A stretch of 19,174 nucleotides of DNA. Origin: Bdellovibrionales bacterium. GTDB taxonomy: Bacteria; Bdellovibrionota; UBA1018; CAIMNF01. Position numbers and translations under genes: made by a program. The stretch covers positions 1 through 19,174 of the forward strand of contig JBEIJY010000038.1 in the NCBI GenBank assembly GCA_040380025.1. Direction: 5' to 3'. This document shows positions 8,968 through 17,278 of this stretch, one piece after another. The notes under the pieces are model-generated. The model ran no database searches and was not told the origin of the DNA. It saw only the letters and a list, made by a program, of their open reading frames with translations. Numbering within the stretch: the first letter of the stretch is position 1; the number at the start of each line of letters is the position of its first letter.

Positions 8968-10660
8968 ATCGCGATTCGCACGCGTGATCCTGTTGGCGTT
9001 GGGCCTGTTTTCGGGCCTTCAGGCGGTGTCCGCTCCGGAGCCCGTGAAGGGGCTTCCCAAGAATGATCTTCGTCTGATCCCCGTGCAAAGTGGCGGACGA
9101 TTGAAGCCATTCGATGAATTTGCGCGCGAGAACATTCTCGCGCTGACCGGCTCGCGGAGCCATTCGGGGTTTGATCCTTCCGAGATGCTTCTTTCGATGA
9201 TGGTCCGGCCGTCCGAGTGGGCAAACGAAAAGATCATCCGGATTTCTGTGCCCGAGGTGAACCGGCAATTGCTTCTCGATCCGGACCGGAAGTACTTTTC
9301 GCTGAACGAGCTTCTCGCGAATCACGCTTTTTTGCAGTATTCCGAGGGCATTCGCGCGAACGGCTCGGCGCTCGAGCAGGTCACCGATACCGGCGTGAAT
9401 GCCGTGACCGGGCAAAAAGATCCGCGGGCCGAGGAGCTGAAGCGCGTGGTGGACCGCGTGATGCGGTTTCAGGCGCTGGTGACAGGTAGCCTCTGGGCGG
9501 TGACCCCCGGAAGCGATCGCGAGCAACCTTGGAAGACCGTGGCCGAAGGAATGACCGAGCCTTCCGAGCAATCGCAGGCCGTGTTCGCGCTCCTGAAGAG
9601 CTATCTCGAAAACAATCCCGAAGAGTTCGGGGTGTTCGCGGCGCAAGCGAGGGTTTCGGTCGAGTCGAAGATTCCCGAATTCGACGGCGTCAAGAACCTC
9701 CTTCTTGCAGAAGTCCTTTACAACCGTTTGAGGCCCTTTTTGCAGTCGATGATTTTTTATCTTCTTGCCGGAGTCCTCTGGCTCTTCGCAGAAAAAAAGC
9801 GACTTCTGCGTCTTTTGGCAAAGTTCTTCACGGTGACCGCCGTTTTACTCCATGTTTTGGGCTTCGCGCTCCGGTGTTATGTGGCCGGAAGGCCCCCCGT
9901 CACGAACATGTATGAGTCGATCATCTGGGTGTCGCTCGGGGTGATGTTCTTCGCGCTTCTTTTGTTCTGGAAGAACCGCCAGAACATGCTGATCTCCACA
10001 GCGACCATCCTCTCGGGCCTTGCGCTCTTCGCCGCCGATTCGGCTCCCATGGTGATGGATCCCACGATTCGGCCGCTCGTGCCGGTGCTTCGGAGCAACT
10101 ATTGGCTCACGATCCATGTGCTCACGATCACGCTCAGTTACGGGGCCTTCATGCTGGCGATGGGCATCTCGAATCTTTCCCTCTTCGGATTCTTCCAAGA
10201 GTCGCGCCGCGGGCCTTCGTCCGAAATCACCAAGCGCATCGCTCTTCTGAATCAGCTCTCGTACCGGTCGCTCATGTTCGGGACGGTCCTCCTCGCCGCA
10301 GGAACCATCTTGGGCGGAGTGTGGGCCGATTACTCCTGGGGCCGGTTCTGGGGCTGGGATCCGAAAGAGGTCTGGGCCCTCATTGCCCTGCTCTCGTACA
10401 TGGCCGTCCTTCATGGACGGTATGCCGGTTGGGTGGGGGCATTTGCCTTTCCGCTTTGGACCGTGATTTGTTTTTCGACCGTGGTCATGGCCTGGTATGG
10501 AGTGAATTTCGTTCTCGGGGTCGGTCTGCATTCTTATGGATTCTCGACCGGCGGTCAGGCCTTCGTGTTCGGATTCCTGCTTCTTCAGACGCTTTATTGT
10601 GGTTTCATCGCCTACCATCACCGTCGGAGGAATTCGAGTGGACTTCATCGCCGAGCTTGA
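8960..10660 (+). CDS. ccsA: Cytochrome c biogenesis protein CcsA/ResC with N-terminal periplasmic domain
   Basis: WWD motif WADYSWGRFWGWDPKEVW, PVTNMYES, PVLRSNYWLTIHV, LHGR and GLHSYG. N-terminal signal-like segment followed by GGRLKPFD. Confidence 0.93.
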   Translation: MLESRFARVILLALGLFSGLQAVSAPEPVKGLPKNDLRLIPVQSGGRLKPFDEFARENILALTGSRSHSGFDPSEMLLSMMVRPSEWANEKIIRISVPEVNRQLLLDPDRKYFSLNELLANHAFLQYSEGIRANGSALEQVTDTGVNAVTGQKDPRAEELKRVVDRVMRFQALVTGSLWAVTPGSDREQPWKTVAEGMTEPSEQSQAVFALLKSYLENNPEEFGVFAAQARVSVESKIPEFDGVKNLLLAEVLYNRLRPFLQSMIFYLLAGVLWLFAEKKRLLRLLAKFFTVTAVLLHVLGFALRCYVAGRPPVTNMYESIIWVSLGVMFFALLLFWKNRQNMLISTATILSGLALFAADSAPMVMDPTIRPLVPVLRSNYWLTIHVLTITLSYGAFMLAMGISNLSLFGFFQESRRGPSSEITKRIALLNQLSYRSLMFGTVLLAAGTILGGVWADYSWGRFWGWDPKEVWALIALLSYMAVLHGRYAGWVGAFAFPLWTVICFSTVVMAWYGVNFVLGVGLHSYGFSTGGQAFVFGFLLLQTLYCGFIAYHHRRRNSSGLHRRA

Positions 10661-11567
10661 ATCGCTCCGCTCCCGCTTCACGGGAGCCCTCGAGTTCGAG
10701 GCGCCCCTCGCGAAGGTGGCCTACTATCGCATCGGAGGCCCTGCAGCCGCACTCGCAACACCCCGGACGATGGAGGATCTCGAGCGTTTGCACGGAGTGA
10801 TCGCCAAGCACTCCGTTCCCTTTTTTGTTTTGGGCTGGGGCTCGAACCTGTTGTTCCCGGATGAAGGATTTCGCGGGATCGTGATCCGCATGAAGCACCT
10901 GAATTCCGGCGTCGAGGAAGTCTCGCCCGGAGTCCTTCGGGTCGGCGCCTCGCTTGGTGCCTCGAGTCTTCTTCGTGTCGCGGCCGAAAAAGGCTACGGG
11001 GGCCTCGAGCGATTCACCGGCATTCCGGGATCGATCGGGGGAATGATCGCCATGAATGCCGGAACGCATCTGGGCGAGATGTCGGGCGTGATCCTGCGAT
11101 CCGAGTGGGTCAATTTGCTCGATCCCGTCACCCCGCTCTCGCTTCGGGTGCGCGATCATGAACCGGCCGATTTCTCGTATCGCAAGAATCATTTTCTCAC
11201 CGAGGGGGATCTTCTCCTGCATGCGTTGCTCCGTTATGAGCCGGCCGATCCTTCGGCCGTGAAAGCCGAAATCGACCGCCTTTACCAGCGTCGCAAATCC
11301 ACCCAGCCTGTGGAGTTTCCGTCCTGCGGAAGTGTCTTCATGAATCCGCTCGAGGCGGGAATGAAGGCCTGGGAGGTCGTCGAGAAGCTCGGGCTCCGCG
11401 GGCATCGCCTCGGAAACGCGCAGATCTCTGAAAAACACCCGAATTTCATTGTGAATCTGGGCGGTGCGAGGGCCTCCGAGGTGCGCTCCCTGATCGCGCT
11501 CGTGAAGACCCGTGCAAAAGAGGAACTCGGAATCGAAATGCACGAAGAGGTGAGGGTGCTGCCGTGA
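10638..11567 (+). CDS. murB: UDP-N-acetylenolpyruvoylglucosamine reductase
   Basis: RIGGPA, LGWGSNLL, GIPGSIGGMIAMNAG, FSYR, PSCGSVFMNP, ISEKHPNFIVN and EEV. GTG start at 10638 follows SD GGAGG and overlaps the end of ccsA by 23 bp. Confidence 0.94.
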   Translation: MDFIAELESLRSRFTGALEFEAPLAKVAYYRIGGPAAALATPRTMEDLERLHGVIAKHSVPFFVLGWGSNLLFPDEGFRGIVIRMKHLNSGVEEVSPGVLRVGASLGASSLLRVAAEKGYGGLERFTGIPGSIGGMIAMNAGTHLGEMSGVILRSEWVNLLDPVTPLSLRVRDHEPADFSYRKNHFLTEGDLLLHALLRYEPADPSAVKAEIDRLYQRRKSTQPVEFPSCGSVFMNPLEAGMKAWEVVEKLGLRGHRLGNAQISEKHPNFIVNLGGARASEVRSLIALVKTRAKEELGIEMHEEVRVLP

Positions 11568-12265
11568 TCCGGAGCGGGGGAGTGGTGTATCATCTTCGCG
11601 CCCTCCGGTTCCGGCGCGAGCTCTGGGGGCAACATCAGGAGGGGGTGGCCTCGTTCCTTTCGGCGTGGAATCCGAAGTCCAAAAAGATCCTGCTGATCGG
11701 CCCTTCGGCCGGCTATTCCCTGCCTGCAGGCTGGCTGAATCGGTTTGAAGAGATCACGGCCTTCGAGCCCGATCTTCTGGCGCGTGTGCTCTTCGAGCGT
11801 CGGCATGGCGTTCGGCCCCGCTGGATCCGTCGCGGGTTCCCGTTTCACAGTCCTGAGCCGTTCCGGGGCCTTGAGCTCTCGAACACGGCGATTCTGTTTT
11901 GCAATTTGCTCGGGCAGATCCGGATTCCCGATGTGGCGTCCCTCGAACGAAAACTGCGCTCAAAACTCGATGGCAGGGAATGGGCCTCGTACCACGACGC
12001 GCTCTCGGGAGAAGGCATCGAGTTTGATCTCGAAGACAAAAGGCCCGGGCGTGCGGGCGTTGCCGAGATGGAACGCTGGATTTATGTGAGCGACCGGTTC
12101 CGGCGTGAAGTGACGGTGAATGCCCATCCCGCTCCCGAGCTCTTTCGGGATGCGCGGGGCCTTGAGTACCGGTATTGGCAATGGCGGATCATTCCGGGGT
12201 TCACGCATCTGATCGAGGGCGTGTTCCCGGCGAACCGTCCGGGATCCTCGGGTTGCCCCTCCTAG
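11564..12265 (+). CDS. Hypothetical protein, possible Rossmann/SAM-methyltransferase-like fold
   Basis: GTGA overlap with the murB stop and SD GAGG upstream. ILLIGPSAG...ITAFEPD resembles methyltransferase motifs I/II. Confidence 0.7.
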   Translation: MIRSGGVVYHLRALRFRRELWGQHQEGVASFLSAWNPKSKKILLIGPSAGYSLPAGWLNRFEEITAFEPDLLARVLFERRHGVRPRWIRRGFPFHSPEPFRGLELSNTAILFCNLLGQIRIPDVASLERKLRSKLDGREWASYHDALSGEGIEFDLEDKRPGRAGVAEMERWIYVSDRFRREVTVNAHPAPELFRDARGLEYRYWQWRIIPGFTHLIEGVFPANRPGSSGCPS

Positions 12266-12285
12266 GGACCCATCGGGTTGCCCTA
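12263..12285. terminator. Hairpin spanning two convergent stop codons; possible bidirectional terminator
   Basis: TAGGG-ACCC-ATC-GGGT-TG-CCCTA. No U-tract on either side. Confidence 0.3.
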
Positions 12286-13254
12286 AGGGCACGTCGCCCC
12301 ATCGCAGATCCGCTTCAACACGGCTCCTCCGCGGTTGTCTTTTGCGATCCCGATCAGGATTCTCCCGCGTCCCGTAGGAAGAGCCGCCACGGGCGGAAAA
12401 AACCGGTTCCACTCGCCCGGGAGCGTCCGCGAGAGCAAAAGGGTTCCATCACTCGTGCATTCTTTTTTTCGTGAGCATTCGATGTCTTCCGGCCCGCTCA
12501 GAAACCACGCCGTTTCGACTTTCTCGCTCAGGGTCTCGGTCGTGCCGTCGGGTTTCATCGAAAGGTAGCTCTCGATGCTTCCTGCCGGAACAAAGGCCTC
12601 GATCAGGGTCTCGCTCGATGGCAAAGCGGCGAGGTTCACGCCACCCGAACGGAACTCCAGGCTCGCGGGATTGTTGTTCCGTGCGGGTTTTGCCGGGTCA
12701 GAGAACAAAAGCCGCTTGAAGGTGGTGATCTTTTTTTGCTCTTCTCCGGCCGGAAAGAGCTCGAAAAACACCAAGATCGCAAAGCCGTTGAAGCGCCGAT
12801 CCTGAGAAAGTGCATTGTAGCGGGCGATATATGCGGCTTTTGCGGCCGGTGTGATCGTGTTCAGGTTGAACCCGAACGGAGCGATGTCGCCGGTGTGATT
12901 CGGCGAAGCGAAGCTCCCGCTCGGGGCGGTCAGTGTGCCGCTTGCGACATCCGTGCGGGTGGGGTTCCCCTCGCAGGTGGGTGGAGCACCGAGCCCGACT
13001 CCCGGATCAAGACAATGATACATGCGGTAATTGAGCGCCCGTCCGCCGCCGTACAGGTCGCTGATCACCGGAGTCGCCTGGATCGAGAACGGCGTGAAAT
13101 CCCCGGTCGCCGGATCAAAGCTCACCTCGGGAGAATCCAGGAGCAAGGCGATCACGCGAAGGCCCTGCAGGATCGAATATTTCGGAAGCGTCTCGGGGCC
13201 GCAGGCCGGGAGAGAAGTAAGAAGAAACACTAGCAAAACAAGGCGAGTTCGCAT
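12283..13254 (-). CDS. Putative outer-membrane lipoprotein associated with the TonB-dependent receptor
   Basis: Signal MRTRLVLLVFLLTS-LPA|C with lipobox Cys18; starts 1 bp after the receptor stop; several paired cysteines. Confidence 0.85.
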   Translation of the reverse strand: MRTRLVLLVFLLTSLPACGPETLPKYSILQGLRVIALLLDSPEVSFDPATGDFTPFSIQATPVISDLYGGGRALNYRMYHCLDPGVGLGAPPTCEGNPTRTDVASGTLTAPSGSFASPNHTGDIAPFGFNLNTITPAAKAAYIARYNALSQDRRFNGFAILVFFELFPAGEEQKKITTFKRLLFSDPAKPARNNNPASLEFRSGGVNLAALPSSETLIEAFVPAGSIESYLSMKPDGTTETLSEKVETAWFLSGPEDIECSRKKECTSDGTLLLSRTLPGEWNRFFPPVAALPTGRGRILIGIAKDNRGGAVLKRICDGATCP

Positions 13255-13255
13255 C

Positions 13256-15475
13256 TTAGAATTCTCCCTTCAACCCGAAAGTCGGGAGGACCGGAAACCC
13301 CCGGACCGGCTCCGAGCGGGTGTAGTCGTACGAATACTGAAGTCCCTCGACATTCTGGCGATTCAAAACGTTCAAGATGTCGAGATAGAGCGAGAGTGTC
13401 CACGAATCATAGACCCAGCGTTTGTCGATCCTGAGGTCGAGCATCGCAAAGGGATCAAGCCGCTCGTTGAAGAGCGCCCCGCGGATCGGAATGAACACAT
13501 CATTGTCGAGATCTCCCGCCGCACTTTGGGGAACGGTTTCGAGCGGTCCGGTCACATACCGGAAGCGGGTCGAGATCCGCCAGTTCCGCTTCAGGTTCAC
13601 CCCCGCGATCAGTGTCAAAAAGTGAGTCTGGTCGTACTGATACAAGTACTCGGGACGACGCGGATCCCAGCGGGTCGAGCGCGAAAGGGTGTAAATCGCC
13701 CAGAAATTCCAGTTGTCGAGGACGGTCTGAAAGCTGTTCTCCCAGCCGAGTGCGCGTCCCGAGCCCTCGTTCACGAAAAGCCGGGAGGTGTCCGGAATGA
13801 TGAGATTCTGGAACCATCGACCAAAAAAACCGGAGTACGCCTCCGAGCCCCGTCCGATCTCGTTCGAAAGATCCTTCTCGGCTCCGAGCTTCAACTGCCA
13901 GACCTGCGATCCCTTCACGGCAGGGTTTCCGTAGCTTGCCGACGACTGCCTCTCTTCGGGGGGCTGACCGTAAAGGCCGCCTGCCGCGACCAGGGTCAGA
14001 TCGGGAGTCGCCGCATATCGGGTTCCGAGGCGCGGACCGATTTGCAGATCATCGACCGGGCCGAAGTAATCGATCCGGAGTCCGGGAAAAAACGTCCATT
14101 TCGAGTCCGTCGCCGGCCGAAAAACAGGATTGAAGTAGAACCCGTACAAATCCGAGAAAACTCCGCGCAGATCGGCCGTCCTGGTTTCGCCCGAGCTCAG
14201 GGGATTGATGACCCCTCCGTCGCTCGTGATCACCGGAATTCGAAACGACACATCCGCAAGCGTGAACCGGTGATCCATGCCGTAGGCCAAGGTCAGTTGG
14301 TCATTCACGCGGGTCCGGTTTTCTGCGCGCACGGTTGAGGTCAGGGTTCTCAGATTGAAGAACGAGTCGCCGATGTCGGTATTGATGAAGTCGCGGCCCA
14401 CGGCCATGCTGAGTTTGGTTTTGGAATGATTCGAATGGGTCCACTCGAACTGCGGAATGAACCTGAAAAACCCGATCTCATTCGAGAAGTTCCCGCGCAA
14501 GGAAGGATCATTCCCGAGCGCGTTCGCGGCGACGAATTCGAGCGAGTCGCGCGATCCGATCGAGACGAGCTTGAAGTTCAGGTTCGGTGAGAGGGGACGC
14601 TGGTAGATCAGGCCGAGGTCGCCATACGTCGGCGCAACGGTGAGCGCAAAATTCTCGTTTCCCTTCAACACGGCTTTCAGCACCTGCCCGACATAGCTGA
14701 TTCGGGCGCCCGCCGCGAGCTGTCCTCGTTCGCCGACCGGAGTCTCGATCGCGGCGCCCGAGTTGAAGGTGTCGACAAAGGCCGAGCCCTTGAACTGCCG
14801 GCTCGAAAGATTCTTGGAATTCAGATTCAGAACTCCCCCGAGGGCACGGCTGTAATTGCTCTGGTAGCCGGCCGAGAGAAAATCAAAACTTCCCGTGAGC
14901 TCCGGATTGAACACCGAGCTGAGTCCTCCGAAATGGAAAATCAGCGGAATTTCGTGCCCGTCGATTGTGTATCGCGTGTCTTGCGGGGCTGATCCCTGAA
15001 TGATCACCTGGGAGGTGAAGCCCTGGCTTCGGTTCACGCCGGGCAGATTCTGGATCGCGCGGACCGGGTCGGCACCGGCACCGGGAAGGCTCTCGGCCGT
15101 TTTTTTCGAAATCGTCTTTTGAACGGAATCGCGATCGCCGCTCGCCTGAATTGTGGTTTCGAACGCCGTTGTGGCATCCGGCTCAAGAAGGATCCGCTCG
15201 GGAACTCCGGCGGGAGCCAGCGTGATGATTTTTTCGAATCGCTTGTAGCCGGGAGCGTTCACGATGAGCGTGGCCTCGCCATCCGGCACGGGCTCGAACC
15301 GGAACCGTCCCTCGTCATCGGTCGTGGTCCGTTGGCGCGAAGGCAGGAGTACGACATTCACTTGTGGTACCGGATCGCGAGTGCCGCGAATGCGAACCAC
15401 TCCCTCGACCGGGGTCTCTGCCAAGGCGGGGGCCGGGGCCAACGACGCGAACAGGATCGCGATCAATGAAATCAC
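13256..15475 (-). CDS. TonB-dependent receptor with N-terminal carboxypeptidase-regulatory-like domain
   Basis: Signal peptide (APALA|E), VEGVVR...TTDDEGRFRF...APGY domain, plug (IQNLPGV, IDGHEIP, YSRALGGVL), barrel end LYLDILNVLNR and terminal Phe (GLKGEF). GTG start overlaps the tonB stop. Confidence 0.93.
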   Translation of the reverse strand: MISLIAILFASLAPAPALAETPVEGVVRIRGTRDPVPQVNVVLLPSRQRTTTDDEGRFRFEPVPDGEATLIVNAPGYKRFEKIITLAPAGVPERILLEPDATTAFETTIQASGDRDSVQKTISKKTAESLPGAGADPVRAIQNLPGVNRSQGFTSQVIIQGSAPQDTRYTIDGHEIPLIFHFGGLSSVFNPELTGSFDFLSAGYQSNYSRALGGVLNLNSKNLSSRQFKGSAFVDTFNSGAAIETPVGERGQLAAGARISYVGQVLKAVLKGNENFALTVAPTYGDLGLIYQRPLSPNLNFKLVSIGSRDSLEFVAANALGNDPSLRGNFSNEIGFFRFIPQFEWTHSNHSKTKLSMAVGRDFINTDIGDSFFNLRTLTSTVRAENRTRVNDQLTLAYGMDHRFTLADVSFRIPVITSDGGVINPLSSGETRTADLRGVFSDLYGFYFNPVFRPATDSKWTFFPGLRIDYFGPVDDLQIGPRLGTRYAATPDLTLVAAGGLYGQPPEERQSSASYGNPAVKGSQVWQLKLGAEKDLSNEIGRGSEAYSGFFGRWFQNLIIPDTSRLFVNEGSGRALGWENSFQTVLDNWNFWAIYTLSRSTRWDPRRPEYLYQYDQTHFLTLIAGVNLKRNWRISTRFRYVTGPLETVPQSAAGDLDNDVFIPIRGALFNERLDPFAMLDLRIDKRWVYDSWTLSLYLDILNVLNRQNVEGLQYSYDYTRSEPVRGFPVLPTFGLKGEF

Positions 15476-16050
15476 TCTAATATAAAACGATAGGTATAGC
15501 GGATGCGGATTGCAACGGGTTTGTCGTTGATGCGCGCAGGACGGAACCGGAACTTCCGCACGGCAAAAATTGCCGCATCGGTGAGCTCGGGTGCGGGAGA
15601 ATCAAGAACCTTCGCCGAAGAAACCTCGCCGTTCGAAGAAAGCACGAGCTCGAAAAGCACGGGGCCTTGGATTCCTCGGGAGCGGGCTTCCGGTGGATAG
15701 GGGATCCGGACTTCGTTCAAAAGCACGGGGAGCTCCGAGACCTCATAATCCTCAAAGCTCTCGCCTGCGCCGGTGATCAATGCACCCGAGCCTCCGGTGG
15801 TTGCGCCTGTTGCAGAAGACTGCGCCGGGTCAGAAGACGTGCTCGTGGTCGTTTTCAGAGACGGTTTGATCGGAGTTTTGACGGCCGTTTGCCGAGCCTT
15901 CGAGGCCGGCGTTCCCGGGCTCGAGCGGATTCCCTGCACCTCGACCAATTCTACCGGAATCTCCTCGTGTGGCCCGAATGCGAAGAGCAAAAGAAGAAGC
16001 AGGCCCAGAGTTCCAAGGTGAATCAGCAATGATTGAAGTGTGGCCCGCAT
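15472..16050 (-). CDS. tonB: Energy transducer TonB-family protein
   Basis: N-terminal TM with SLLIH (SxxxH motif), low-complexity T/S/P linker, and TonB_C domain YPPEAR..GIQGPV...FRFRPA. Confidence 0.9.
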   Translation of the reverse strand: MRATLQSLLIHLGTLGLLLLLLFAFGPHEEIPVELVEVQGIRSSPGTPASKARQTAVKTPIKPSLKTTTSTSSDPAQSSATGATTGGSGALITGAGESFEDYEVSELPVLLNEVRIPYPPEARSRGIQGPVLFELVLSSNGEVSSAKVLDSPAPELTDAAIFAVRKFRFRPARINDKPVAIRIRYTYRFILE

Positions 16051-16060
16051 GCGAATTCAA

Positions 16061-16125
16061 ACCATATCAAATCAGGGCCCTTCCGCAATCAAAGGAGGCA
16101 AGATTGCCCCCCGGCGTGATAGGGT
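16061..16125. promoter_or_regulatory. Candidate divergent extended -10 promoters for the tonB operon and the methyltransferase
   Basis: Minus strand TGaTATGGT (16069-16061) lies 10 nt before the tonB ATG; plus strand TGaTAGGGT (16117-16125) lies 9 nt before ATG 16135. Confidence 0.35.
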
Positions 16126-16134
16126 TCCCCGATC

Positions 16135-17166
16135 ATGACTCCACGATTCTATTATTCGGTTTGTCAGGCCGGTGCCGAGAAAGTCGTTCGCGATGAGGTG
16201 CTTTCGGCCCACCCCGGACTTCGTTCCGCGTTCTCGCGGCCGGGCTTCATCACCTTCAAAGAAGATTCGAATGCGGGCGATCCGATCGACAACCCCATGA
16301 GTATTTTTTCGCGCCTTTGGGGCGAGAGCATCGGGCAGGCGCGCACGCCCGAAGAGGCGCATGCGCTTCTGGCAAAGATTCCCTCCGGCGCGACGGTTCA
16401 CGCGTTCGAGCGGGATTCGGTTCTTCCGGGCGATGAGCCCGAAGAATTCGTGTTGAACGCCAGGGTGCGGAGTCTTCTCGATTCCTGGAAGATCCCTTGC
16501 GCGAATCAAAGCCCGAAAGAAGGAGAGTGGGTGTACGACTGGATCCTTCTTGATGAGAGCACTTTGTTCTTGGGGCGCCATTTGCATCAACCCGGAATCG
16601 ATCCTGCTCCGGGCAATCGGCCCTTCCTTGCGCTTCCCGCAAACGCGCCTTCTCGCGCCTGGCTCAAGATCGAAGAGGCGATCCGCCGGTTCCGTCCTGC
16701 GATCCAAAAATCGGCAAAGGTTCTCGAGATCGGCTGTTCCCCCGGAGGAGCCACGACCGCCCTGCTTTCGCGCGGGCTTTTGGTGACCGGGATCGATCCG
16801 AAGAGAATGGACCCTTCGGTCGAGCGCCATCGTGCGTTCTCGCTCATTCAAAAAACTGCAAAAACGGTGCAAAAAGAGGATTTTCGCGGATGGAATCCGG
16901 AATGGCTCGTGCTCGACATGAACCTCGCGCCGCTCGAAGCGCTCGATGAGGTCGGGCATGTGCTTCGCCTCCTGCGCGAGATGCACGGCAGTCGACTTGC
17001 TCTTCAGAGCGGGTTCCTCACCGTAAAGCTGAACGACTGGAAGTTCGCCGCAAGCATTCCCTTGTACCTGAGACGAATCGAGGAGCTTGGATTCCGGGAG
17101 CTCGCCGCGGTTCAGCTTTGCTCGAACCGACAAGAGTTTTTTGTGCATGCAGGATCCTTCCGTTAA
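16135..17166 (+). CDS. RlmM-like (FtsJ/RrmJ family) SAM-dependent rRNA 2'-O-methyltransferase
   Basis: APSRAWLKIEEA (compare RlmM APSRSTLKLEEA), LEIGCSPGG SAM motif, and an apparent K-D-K-E tetrad (WLK, VLDMN, TVKL, RQEF). Confidence 0.85.
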   Translation: MTPRFYYSVCQAGAEKVVRDEVLSAHPGLRSAFSRPGFITFKEDSNAGDPIDNPMSIFSRLWGESIGQARTPEEAHALLAKIPSGATVHAFERDSVLPGDEPEEFVLNARVRSLLDSWKIPCANQSPKEGEWVYDWILLDESTLFLGRHLHQPGIDPAPGNRPFLALPANAPSRAWLKIEEAIRRFRPAIQKSAKVLEIGCSPGGATTALLSRGLLVTGIDPKRMDPSVERHRAFSLIQKTAKTVQKEDFRGWNPEWLVLDMNLAPLEALDEVGHVLRLLREMHGSRLALQSGFLTVKLNDWKFAASIPLYLRRIEELGFRELAAVQLCSNRQEFFVHAGSFR

Positions 17167-17278
17167 GGATTCAATCATGCTTGCAAAATCCTGACACGAT
17201 TCCGGTCGATATCGAATTGACTAATTTTTCCTGATCCGGTCTAGTCCTCCGAAACCATCACACCGAAAAAGGGAAGCA

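Noticed and set aside
12248..12283. 11-bp direct repeat TCGGGTTGCCC at 12248 and 12273
   Set aside because: Only two short copies 25 bp apart at a convergent gene junction. Not a CRISPR array and no element lies between them.
16091..16196. Perfect SD AAAGGAGG followed by TTG (16104) opening a 30-aa ORF out of frame with the methyltransferase
   Set aside because: Weak start codon, overlap with a real gene, and no other coding support. Probably chance, though ribosome profiling could test it.
17217..17245. Possible sigma70 promoter TTGACT-N17-TCTAGT upstream of the PIN-PhoH gene
   Set aside because: Good -35, but the -10 lacks the conserved second-position A. Too weak to call.
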